Positions 8,771-16,636 of a stretch of DNA of 32,000 nucleotides are shown piece by piece (positions within the stretch are counted from its first letter, which is position 1; the number at the start of each line of letters is the position of its first letter). Source of the DNA: Candidatus Electronema halotolerans (lineage in GTDB: Bacteria > Desulfobacterota > Desulfobulbia > Desulfobulbales > Desulfobulbaceae). The DNA lies in contig OW818675.1 in NCBI GenBank assembly GCA_942493095.1, positions 900,001 to 932,000 on the forward strand, written 5' to 3'. Position numbers and translations under genes: made by a program. The notes under the pieces are model-generated. The model did not search any database and was not told where the DNA came from. It was given only the letters and a program-made list of their open reading frames with translations.

Positions 8771-11700
8771 TCACTTCCCCTCACTGGCTGCAAGGACTTT
8801 GTTCAGCAGCCCTAATGCCCCTTCGGCATCAAACTGCTCAATTGGCTGCTTCAGGGCAAGCACCTGCTGGCGCAGTTCCGGCGGCAGGTTCAGGTTGAGC
8901 AGCTCGGCCAGAGTGTCAACCGCGCCTGCCTCGTACTTGCCAAGCTGCTCCTCCAGCCGTAAGAGCTTTTCTTTGATCTGACCGCTGTCCGCCGGTGCTG
9001 GCGCTGCCTCTTCCGGCGGCGGCAGATGATGCTGAAGTGCTGCCGCAGTCTGCCTGAGCTGCTCCTCTGCCGCGCTGAGAAGCGGCTCCAGAGCCTTATG
9101 CCTGCGGATGCCGTCTTCGAGCAGCCGGGCCGCCGTCTGCAAGTCTTCCGCGCCAATGGCTCCGGCCATGCCTTTCAGGGTGTGAGCCAGCCGCTCGGCG
9201 CTGGGCCGCTCGTCCTGCTCCAGCAGACTGCGGATATCCTCCACTGCGCCGGTGTGCTCACTGACAAAGTTCTGCAAGATGCTGGCGTAAATCCGCTGAT
9301 TGCCGCCCAGCCGCTCCAGCGCGGCCTGGCTGTTGATGCCGGGCCGCAGGGATAATTCATGAATTATCCCTGCGGCTGGGCAGGAATGCTGCTGCTCCTG
9401 CCGGACAGGCCGCTCCCGCTGGCCGGGCTTGATCCACTGACAGAGCGCGGTCAGGAGCTGCCTGCGGTCAACCGGCTTGGGAATATGGTCGTTCATGCCA
9501 ATGGCCCGGCATTGCTCGCGGTCATGGCGCATGGCATTGGCGCTCATGGCCAGGACAGGCAGGATGTCATAGACCTCCTGACTGCGGATTGCCGCTGCGG
9601 CCTGATAGCCGTCCATGACCGGCATCTGCAAATCCATCAGCACCAAATCATAGCGGCCCGGCTCCAGCATGGCCAACGCCTCCTGGCCGTTCTCAGCCAG
9701 ATCAACCCGGAAGCACTCCTGCGTCAGCAGCTCCGCCGCCACCTGCTGGTTGATCTTGTTGTCCTCAACCAAGAGAATGCGCGCCCCCCGGATTTGCTCA
9801 AGGCTGTTGTCATCTGCCGCGCCTTGTTCACTCCGCTCCCGGTGCGTCTCCAGCTCCTCCTGATTGGACAGCTGAAGCGGCAGGGTGATGGTGAAAGTGC
9901 TGCCTTGGCCCGGCGCGCTGATCAGGCTGACTGAGCCGTCCATCATTTCGGCCAGCTGGCGGGTGATGGCCAGCCCCAGTCCGGTGCCGCCGTACATGCG
10001 GGTGGTGCTGCTGTCAGACTGGACAAAGGGCTTGAACAGCTCGGCCTGCCGGGCTGCGTCAATGCCGATGCCAGTGTCCCGGACAATGAAGGCCACAGGC
10101 AGGAAGCCGTGCTGGGCATGCAGGCCAAGCCGTGCCTCCACCCTGATCTCGCCCTGCTTGGTGAACTTGAAGGCATTGCCGAGCAGATTGAGCAGAATCT
10201 GCTTGATGCGCAGCGGGTCGCCGAGCAGATAGCGGTGAATCTCAGGATCAACGCTGATGTGCAGCGGAATGCCCTTCTGCTGGCTGTGGATGGCCATCAG
10301 CGACTCTATCTGAGCCAGCAGCTCGTGGAGGTCAAAGGGTATGGATTCCAGCTCCAGCCGATGGGCCTCAATCTTGGACAGGTCAAGGATGTCGTTGAGC
10401 AGGCCGAGCAGGGAACGGGCGGCCTCGTTGACTTTCTCCAGATAATCCTGCTGCTGCGGAGTCAGCGCGGTTTTCAGGGCCAGCTCGGTCAGGCCGATGA
10501 TGCCGTTCATCGGGGTGCGGATTTCATGGCTCATGTTGGCAAGGAAATCGCTCTTGGCCTGATTGGCCCGCTCCGCCTGCACTTTGGCCTCAGCCAGCTC
10601 CTGCTCCGCTGCCCGCTGCTCAGTGATGTCGTCACTGATGCCGAGCAGGTAGGCGGGCTGGCCCTGCTCATCCGCAATCGGCACCTTGCGGGTGCGGAGC
10701 AGGCGGCGGTTGTGACAAGAAATGCCCTGCTCCTCCTCACTCTCCACGGTCCTGCCTTCAAGCAGCACGTGGCGGTCAGCAGCCATGCGGTCGGCAGCCT
10801 GCGCAGGCGGGAGCAGGTCAGCATCAGACTTGCCAATGAACTCCGCCGATGCTCTGCCAGTGAGCCGCTCGCCAGCCCGGTTGCAGCGGACATAGCGCAG
10901 CTCCTTGGCCTCCTTGACAAAGAGCATGGAGGGGATGTTCTCAATCACGGAATCAAGAAAGCGGTGCTGCGCCCGCAGCTCAATCTCAGCCTCCTTGCGC
11001 AGGGTGATGTCTTGGACAAGGCCGAGCATGTTGACCGGCTCGCCGTTCTCATCGCGCAGGACATCGCCCTGCTCGTGCAGCCAGTGAATGCTCCGGTCTG
11101 GCCAGCGCACCCGGTATTCCATCTCATAGTCCGCGCCCTGCTCCAGACAGGCGGCCACCGCAGCTTGGAGCCGCTGCCGGTCTTCCGGGTGAACCGCCTT
11201 GAGAAACTGCTCACGGTTAGTCGTGGTTCTGCCGGGCTGATAGCCGAGCAGGGCCGGAACCCGGTCGCTCCAGCGCAGCTCGTCCGTGCTGATCTGCCAG
11301 TCCCAGCTGCCCGCATTGGCAAACTGCTGGCTCCGGCGCAGCATCTCCTCGCTGCGCAGCAGGGCCAGCTCGGCCTCCCGGCGCCGGGTCACATCCAAGG
11401 CCATGAGCATGTAGCCGACCATGCCGCCGTCCTCATTGCGGACTGACGAGACCCGCATCTCAAAATGCAGGGTCCGGCCCTGCTCCTGCCGCTCGACATG
11501 GTACTGATAAAAGCCCTTGCTGCGCATGATCCTGACCGCCCGCTCCAGACGCTCCGGCGGAATCTGGTGCAGGACATGAAACTCATGCACGGTTCTGCCA
11601 ATGACCTCTTCCGGCTTGTAGCCGTAGATGCGGCCCAAAGTCGGATTGAAGTAGAGGATGCGCAGGTGCAGGTCAGTGGCGGCAATGCCGGTGTCAGGGG

Positions 11701-12568
11701 CGGATTCAAGCAGGCTGCGGAGGATGGCCTGGTCGTTCAGGGTGCGGCGGGTCTCGCGCAGCTGCCGCTCCTGCTCATGGATGATCTCGCGCAGGAGGCG
11801 GGAATGCCTGCTTTGCAGCCCTTTGAGCAGGTCAGTTTCCGTGAGCAGACCGGTGAGCCGTCCCTCGCTGTCAACAATCACCAGACGGCGAATCTTCTGC
11901 TGCCGGAGGATGTTGACCACATCCGGCAGCACGGTCTGCTCAGACACGGCGCAGACCGGCTGGCTCATGACCTTGGCCAAGGGCGTGTGGTAGAAATCAA
12001 GCCGCTGGAGACTGAGCCGGATCACGTCCCGTTCAGTGAGAATGCCGACCGGTCTGCCCTCCTCAATCACAGGCACGCAGCTGATGCAGTGCCGGTGCAT
12101 CAGCTCCAAGGCAGCATGCACACTGTCTGTCGGCCTGAGCGTGATCAGGTCATGGGAGACCACCTCTTTGATCGTGGTCAAATCGATGAAATATTCCAGC
12201 CCAAGGGAATGGAGGAAATTGGTCTCTGTGACCATGCCGATGACCTGGCCCGCTGTGTCAACCACCACCAGATGGCGGGTGCGCGAGACCACCATGAGCT
12301 GAAAGGCATCCCGGCAGTCTGTCTCCGCCAAGGCGGTCAGAGGCATGCCGCTCATCAGGGCGCGGCCTGTCAGCCCGGAATGAAGTCGGTCTTGGGCTGC
12401 GCTGCTGGTGATGTCCTGCTCTGTGACCAAACCGAGCGGGCGGTTCTCCTCATCGGTCAGCACCACGGCGGAGATGCGCCGCCGCTCCATCAGCTCCAGC
12501 AGGGCAGGCAGGGGCGTGTCAGGGGCGGCAGTGACTGCCGGAACGGTCATGAGCTGGGCAAGGTTCAT
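8771..12568 (-). CDS. Hybrid sensor histidine kinase: 4 CBS, multiple PAS, HisKA, HATPase, receiver, Hpt
   Basis: 1265 aa from ATG 12568 ([12 protein letters not shown]...). Motifs present:
- CBS-pair repeats at the N-terminus.
- PAS-like blocks.
- H-box [15 protein letters not shown].
- N/G boxes ([24 protein letters not shown]).
- Receiver [11 protein letters not shown]...[14 protein letters not shown]...PKP.
- Hpt [12 protein letters not shown]. Confidence 0.92.
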   Translation of the reverse strand: MNLAQLMTVPAVTAAPDTPLPALLELMERRRISAVVLTDEENRPLGLVTEQDITSSAAQDRLHSGLTGRALMSGMPLTALAETDCRDAFQLMVVSRTRHLVVVDTAGQVIGMVTETNFLHSLGLEYFIDLTTIKEVVSHDLITLRPTDSVHAALELMHRHCISCVPVIEEGRPVGILTERDVIRLSLQRLDFYHTPLAKVMSQPVCAVSEQTVLPDVVNILRQQKIRRLVIVDSEGRLTGLLTETDLLKGLQSRHSRLLREIIHEQERQLRETRRTLNDQAILRSLLESAPDTGIAATDLHLRILYFNPTLGRIYGYKPEEVIGRTVHEFHVLHQIPPERLERAVRIMRSKGFYQYHVERQEQGRTLHFEMRVSSVRNEDGGMVGYMLMALDVTRRREAELALLRSEEMLRRSQQFANAGSWDWQISTDELRWSDRVPALLGYQPGRTTTNREQFLKAVHPEDRQRLQAAVAACLEQGADYEMEYRVRWPDRSIHWLHEQGDVLRDENGEPVNMLGLVQDITLRKEAEIELRAQHRFLDSVIENIPSMLFVKEAKELRYVRCNRAGERLTGRASAEFIGKSDADLLPPAQAADRMAADRHVLLEGRTVESEEEQGISCHNRRLLRTRKVPIADEQGQPAYLLGISDDITEQRAAEQELAEAKVQAERANQAKSDFLANMSHEIRTPMNGIIGLTELALKTALTPQQQDYLEKVNEAARSLLGLLNDILDLSKIEAHRLELESIPFDLHELLAQIESLMAIHSQQKGIPLHISVDPEIHRYLLGDPLRIKQILLNLLGNAFKFTKQGEIRVEARLGLHAQHGFLPVAFIVRDTGIGIDAARQAELFKPFVQSDSSTTRMYGGTGLGLAITRQLAEMMDGSVSLISAPGQGSTFTITLPLQLSNQEELETHRERSEQGAADDNSLEQIRGARILLVEDNKINQQVAAELLTQECFRVDLAENGQEALAMLEPGRYDLVLMDLQMPVMDGYQAAAAIRSQEVYDILPVLAMSANAMRHDREQCRAIGMNDHIPKPVDRRQLLTALCQWIKPGQRERPVRQEQQHSCPAAGIIHELSLRPGINSQAALERLGGNQRIYASILQNFVSEHTGAVEDIRSLLEQDERPSAERLAHTLKGMAGAIGAEDLQTAARLLEDGIRRHKALEPLLSAAEEQLRQTAAALQHHLPPPEEAAPAPADSGQIKEKLLRLEEQLGKYEAGAVDTLAELLNLNLPPELRQQVLALKQPIEQFDAEGALGLLNKVLAASEGK
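9343..9376. repeat. 34-bp perfect palindrome GCCGCAGGGATAATTCATGAATTATCCCTGCGGC inside the kinase coding sequence
   Basis: The sequence equals its reverse complement. It also produces the mirror-image ORF-track entries that start MNYPCG on both strands. Confidence 0.95.
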
Positions 12569-12766
12569 AATCAGCAAACTATAATCGAACCGCCACGCTG
12601 CGGCAAGCCCTCCTTTGCAGTTCCTTGTCCTGAAACAGAGGTCGCTATTCCTGCCGCCCCCCTTCAGCACCTCCACGATGCAGGGTCCGCCACGCCCGCA
12701 CAGTCGGCTTTTCCCTGACAGTGCTGTCGAGATTTCCCCGATACCACTATCGGGCCAGCCCGAACA

Positions 12767-13168
12767 ATGTCAAGGAACTCATGGATCATTTTAGAACTTA
12801 ACAGCTTTGGCACTTACGGCGGCAGGCTGCGCACGCCCCTGACCGTGCCGCAACTCAGTCATCCCAATCCGCCGGAGACCGGCATTCTCACGGACAGAGC
12901 GGCCTCGCCTTATGTGGTCATCACCGCAGGCGAACTCACGGCGGACACGCGGCTGCGGGTGCAGGTCGAACACAACGTGCAGGATGACATTCTGGCCTTC
13001 AAGCTGATTGACATGCAGGACGGCGGCGCGGAAGGCATGATTGTTCCGGCAACTGGGAACGGAGAATTTATCCTGCCCGGCTTCAGCGGCTCAACAGTGA
13101 GCAGCCTGAGCATTCGCGTGGATAACTATAGCGGTTTCGTATTGAACAGATATCAAACCCAGCAATGA
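12767..13168 (+). pseudogene. Hypothetical protein gene interrupted at codon 121 by an IS630-like insertion (last 12 codons are IS-derived)
   Basis: The reading frame enters the IS terminal repeat at 13129. Removing 13129-15351 plus one TA restores a longer ORF (see 15352-15429). Confidence 0.6.
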
Positions 13169-13782
13169 CGGAAAAACGATTTGATTGATTTTGACTTAAC
13201 CGTTTTCAGAGATATATCATAAGCTTCCATCAGCTCACGCTCTGTTCTCGGCTTCAATTTTCTTATAGTGTTTTTCATTACTGACCAGCAGTATTCAATA
13301 AGGTTCAGTTCAGGACGATAAGGAGGGAGGAAAATGATCTTCGCTCCTGTACTTCTGATCAAAGCGAGAGCTTCTTTGTTTTTATGAGGACTGGCATTGT
13401 CAAGAACGACTGTCTTACTGCTGTCAAGATATTTCAAAAGATAATTTTTTATATAGAAATAAAAGACAGCTCCTGTCATGGTGCCGTTAAATTTCATGCA
13501 CTTCAATATTTTTCCAAACTTTACAGCTCCTATCATGCTTATTCTTTTCCCTTTACCTGAAGGTCTTTTTGAAAAAGCTCTTGTTCCTTTTCTTGATCTT
13601 GCAAATTTTCTCGACATGTTCAAACAGCATCCTGTCTCATCAATAAAGATGAAATTCTTTTTGTCAGCCTCGATCAGGCCTGCAAGGTAATTAACTGTCT
13701 TTGCTATATTTTCCTCTTTATACGCCGCCGGATCGCGGAAAGTTTTTTTTTCCGGCTGATTTTCAGTCTGGCGAGAGTTTCG
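13153..13782 (-). pseudogene. IS630-family transposase, C-terminal catalytic part (DDE), separated from its N-terminus by the IS1-like insertion and by a frame change at an A9 run
   Basis: FIFIDETG ... VVLDNASPHKNKE ... LPPYRPELNLIEYCW is the typical IS630 D, D, E context. The frame is continuous upstream to the A9 run at 13743-13751. Confidence 0.85.
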
Positions 13783-14951
13783 GCGGTCTCCCTCTTGAGA
13801 GTTGTTGAATAATTGTTTATCCTTCTGTGTGTGTCAACTATTTCAAAGAAGGAGGAAAAGATGGCTGAACTTGCGAAAGTCGGCAGTTTTTGTCCGAACC
13901 CCGCCTGTTCTGATTATGAGCAGCTTGACGGTCGAATTATCAGATATGGCCGCACTCGTGCAGGCGTTCAGCGTTTTAAATGCCTGAGTTGCGGAAGAAC
14001 GTTCACTGCGACGCGAGGGACGATATTTTATCGCCGCCGGACGGATGATGCTGAAATTGTTGAGTGTCTTGCCCTGCTTGCGGAAGGATCACGGATCAGC
14101 AGCGTGAGCCGGGTGAAAGGGCACAAGGAAGACACAGTCGCCGCTTGGCTGACGGAAGCAGCCGAGCATGTTGAAGCTGTTGAAAATGTTCTTCTTTCCG
14201 AATTCCGCATCAGCCGGGGCCAGCTTGACGGCTTATGGTCTTATGTGAAGAATAAGGGCGAAAAAAAAGGACATGCGGAAACTGAGGCGAGCGGCCAGTT
14301 TTTCCGTTCGACGATGATGGACATGGACAGCCGCCTGCGTGCCGGGCGGGGATTCGGCAAATCGGAGACGGAAGCTTCCGCCGCCGTCTTCCGGCAGCTC
14401 AAGGAACGCGGGCATTCCGACGGCCCGCCGCCGACAGTTTCAGACGGCTGGGGCGGCATCCGGGAGGCGATGCTGGAAATTTTTGGAAAAGTTCCTGAAT
14501 ATTCACCTCCCTCGAAAAAGCGGCCTCAACCCGGATGGAAATATTTGCAAATCATCAAGCAGCGGGATGAGAAGGGGAATTTTCTCGGCACACGGCGCAA
14601 GGCGGTGCATGGGAGCATGAGAGGACTTGATAAAATCTTTGGAAAAAGCACGGCCTATATTGAACGCAGCCATCTAACCATGCGGACTTTCAGCAGCCGC
14701 CTGACTCGGAAAGGCATCGCTTTCTCCAAGAACATTGACATGCATAAAGCCGCCGCCGCACTGGAGGATATGTATTATAATTTCATCAAACCGCTGAAAA
14801 CTTTGAGGCTGAATGCTGACGAAAACTCAGGGCTGAAATGGCTGCCGCGCACACCGGCTATGGCGGCGGACTTGACAGACCATATTTGGACGCTGAAAGA
14901 GGTCTTCAGCATGGTCGTGATTGAAAAACAACACTCAACAGGGTGACGACC
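13783..14951 (+). mobile_element. IS1-family insertion sequence (long, single-ORF type), complete copy nested in the IS630-like element
   Basis: 8-9 bp direct target duplication AGAGTTTC(G) at 13774-13782 and 14952-14960. Imperfect terminal IRs: GGTCTCCCTCTTGAGAGTTGTT versus the reverse complement GGTCGTCACCCTGTTGAGTGTTGTT. The left boundary is ambiguous by 1 bp. Confidence 0.85.
13861..14946 (+). CDS. IS1-family transposase (361 aa, InsA-like zinc finger fused to InsB-like DDE core)
   Basis: ATG after AAGGAGGAAAAG. Zinc finger CPNPAC...CLSCG. QLDGLWSYV, SDGWGG and YIERSHLTMRTFSSRLTRKGIAFSK resemble IS1 InsB ELDEQWGYV, TDGW and [24 protein letters not shown] (recalled from memory). Confidence 0.85.
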   Translation: MAELAKVGSFCPNPACSDYEQLDGRIIRYGRTRAGVQRFKCLSCGRTFTATRGTIFYRRRTDDAEIVECLALLAEGSRISSVSRVKGHKEDTVAAWLTEAAEHVEAVENVLLSEFRISRGQLDGLWSYVKNKGEKKGHAETEASGQFFRSTMMDMDSRLRAGRGFGKSETEASAAVFRQLKERGHSDGPPPTVSDGWGGIREAMLEIFGKVPEYSPPSKKRPQPGWKYLQIIKQRDEKGNFLGTRRKAVHGSMRGLDKIFGKSTAYIERSHLTMRTFSSRLTRKGIAFSKNIDMHKAAAALEDMYYNFIKPLKTLRLNADENSGLKWLPRTPAMAADLTDHIWTLKEVFSMVVIEKQHSTG

Positions 14952-15265
14952 AGAGTTTCGCACAGCGTGGAAGGTACTATTTTTAAATTGAATTTCTCGT
15001 ATAAGCGATCACACATCTCTTCAAGCGTAAGATCGTTCTCGTCATCAATCATGCTGGTCAGAAAAGGAATATGAACTTCCTTGATTTTCTGAGGATTTCC
15101 GCCTTTATGAGGCTTCGGCTCAATCGTCCCCTCAGTCTTCCATCTTTTTACAAGACTTTGAACAAATTTATAGGAAACGTCAAGCAAATCTGCAGTTCTT
15201 CTCAATGATTTCTGTTTTTCATAAACAGACAAGACTTTCTTTCTGAAATCAATAGAATAAATCAT
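14952..15265 (-). pseudogene. IS630-family transposase, N-terminal HTH part
   Basis: ATG 15265 after GGAGG. MIYSIDFRKKVLSVYEKQKSLRRTADLLDVS...STLCETL continues as ARLKISRKKK across the IS1-like insertion once that is removed. Confidence 0.85.
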
Positions 15266-15351
15266 GGCAGACCTCCGTGTGTGAAAAAATGGAAAAAACA
15301 GACAAGTCAAGTTTAATCTTTTTCTGATAACCATACAACCTGAAACCGCTA

Positions 15352-15429
15352 TACCCCGCCCTAAAGACGCTGGTCGTCAATGACTACGACGGCAGGCTGG
15401 TGGATGTGCTGGATGTGAAGATGGGGTGA
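15352..15429 (+). pseudogene. Displaced 3' end of the IS-interrupted ORF that starts at 12767
   Basis: Joining ...GATAAC-TA to C-CCCGCC... gives an in-frame Y-PALKTLVVNDYDGRLVDVLDVKMG-stop (TGA 15427-15429) with host-like GC-rich codons. Confidence 0.6.
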
Positions 15430-15536
15430 GGGGCGGAGAACGCTGCGAAAGCAGGGAAGATGCGTCAGCTTTCGCTGTATGACACGCTAACGACAAAGAT
15501 CACTCGTGAGTGAATAGCGCAGAGCGTAGCGACGCA

Positions 15537-15824
15537 CTATTCTTCGTCGAGCGCATCTTCTTGTTCGCCACTTCGTTCAATCCTGAATACTTCTTCATCT
15601 GACGAAATATGAATGCTGTCAGCCTCCCATTTCAAGGTGATTGGTCTAGGTAACGCATCTTCATACGCGGTCATTTGCAGCAACACTGGACGCAGGTATT
15701 TCTCAATAAAAGTGCTCATGCACTCACCAGCCTTGGCCTCCACAAATTCCCAAGCATCACCAATATCAATGGTTCGGTAATTTTTTTCAGCGCGTGAGGC
15801 GCAACGATGTTCAAAATCGACCAT
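15537..15824 (-). CDS. Hypothetical small acidic protein (95 aa), no family recognised
   Basis: Open frame only. Lower GC than the flanking core genes. Its upstream region is cut 70 nt away by the truncated IS1 copy. Confidence 0.4.
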   Translation of the reverse strand: MVDFEHRCASRAEKNYRTIDIGDAWEFVEAKAGECMSTFIEKYLRPVLLQMTAYEDALPRPITLKWEADSIHISSDEEVFRIERSGEQEDALDEE

Positions 15825-15894
15825 GCTGAATAAAAGACTTGAATAAAACTCAATAGTATTGTTTACTTGCTTTTCTGCTGTCCGGGAAATTTCG

Positions 15895-16383
15895 GCGGTC
15901 TCCCTCTTGAGAGTTGTTGAATAATTGTTTATCCTTCTGTGTGTGTCAACTATTTCAAAGAAGGAGGAAAAGATGGCTGAACTTGCGAAAGTCGGCAGTT
16001 TTTGTCCGAACCCCGCCTGTTCTGATTATGAGCAGCTTGACGGTCGAATTATCAGATATGGCCGCACTCGTGCAGGCGTTCAGCGTTTTAAATGCCTGAG
16101 TTGCGGAAGAACGTTCACTGCGACGCGAGGGACGATATTTTATCGCCGCCGGACGGATGATGCTGAAATTGTTGAGTGTCTTGCCCTGCTTGCGGAAGGA
16201 TCACGGATCAGCAGCGTGAGCCGGGTGAAAGGGCACAAGGAAGACACAGTCGCCGCTTGGCTGACGGAAGCAGCCGAGCATGTTGAAGCTGTTGAAAATG
16301 TTCTTCTTTCCGAATTCCGCATCAGCCGGGGCCAGCTTGACGGCTTATGGTCTTATGTGAAGAATAAGGGCGAAAAAAAAAGG
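15895..16383 (+). mobile_element. Truncated second copy of the IS1-family element (left about 489 bp only)
   Basis: By eye it is base-for-base identical to 13783-14270 (offset 2112 bp). The translated products are identical through ...KNKGEKK. It diverges right after the poly-A run. Confidence 0.85.
15973..16383 (+). pseudogene. 5' fragment of IS1-family transposase gene (lacks the DDE core); the ORF-track tail RLSDNFRLSDNF... is read-through into unrelated DNA
   Basis: Same start context as 13861. The catalytic SDGW and IERSH blocks are absent. Confidence 0.85.
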
Positions 16384-16417
16384 CTCTCCGATAATTTCCG
16401 GCTCTCCGATAATTTCC
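16382..16417. repeat. Perfect tandem duplication of an 18-mer (GGCTCTCCGATAATTTCC x2)
   Basis: Read directly. It starts at the truncation point of the IS1 copy. Confidence 0.9.
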
Positions 16418-16440
16418 GGGGTTGTAATTCCAGGCTTTTG

Positions 16441-16627
16441 GTGAATTCAAGTTCCAAGTGCAACTTTTTTTGGTTGCAAGAAAAGGCAGTTACGGGAGTG
16501 TCACAACTTTGCTTTTGTCGCTAACTAAGAGAAAATAATCGAAAATTTACATGAAGTATTCAAAGTGCCAGCCAACCTATGCTTTTTGGATAACCAAAAA
16601 AAGTTGCACTTGCGAGTTGAATCCACA
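16441..16627. mobile_element. MITE-like / internally deleted IS remnant: about 187 bp bounded by 34-35 bp inverted repeats
   Basis: TGAATTCAAGTTCCAAGTGCAACTTTTTTTGGTT (16442-16475) matches the reverse complement of 16593-16626 at 30 of 34 positions. The 117-bp AT-rich interior has no ORF. Confidence 0.55.
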
Positions 16628-16636
16628 ACTCACTTT

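Larger units (their letters stand above)
13129..15351 (-). mobile_element. IS630/Tc1-mariner-family insertion sequence (about 1045 bp without its nested IS), TA target duplication
   Basis: Terminal inverted repeats TAGCGGTTTC (13129-13138) and GAAACCGCTA (15342-15351). Flanking TA at 13127-13128 and 15352-15353. Encodes a split DDE transposase. Confidence 0.85.

Noticed and set aside
10109-12718. Two very long plus-strand ORFs (445 and 417 aa) antisense to the histidine kinase
   Set aside because: They lie entirely opposite a gene with clear domain motifs. Their products are low-complexity (rich in L, A, Q, G, R) with no recognisable motifs. Long stop-free antisense frames are expected in GC3-rich genes dominated by CTG/CAG/GCC codons.
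16421-16629. Three GTTG...CAAC-bounded segments (44, 35 and 27 nt) reminiscent of CRISPR direct repeats
   Set aside because: The segments differ from one another, show no repeat-spacer periodicity and have no cas genes nearby. They are better explained as parts of the inverted repeats of a MITE-like remnant.
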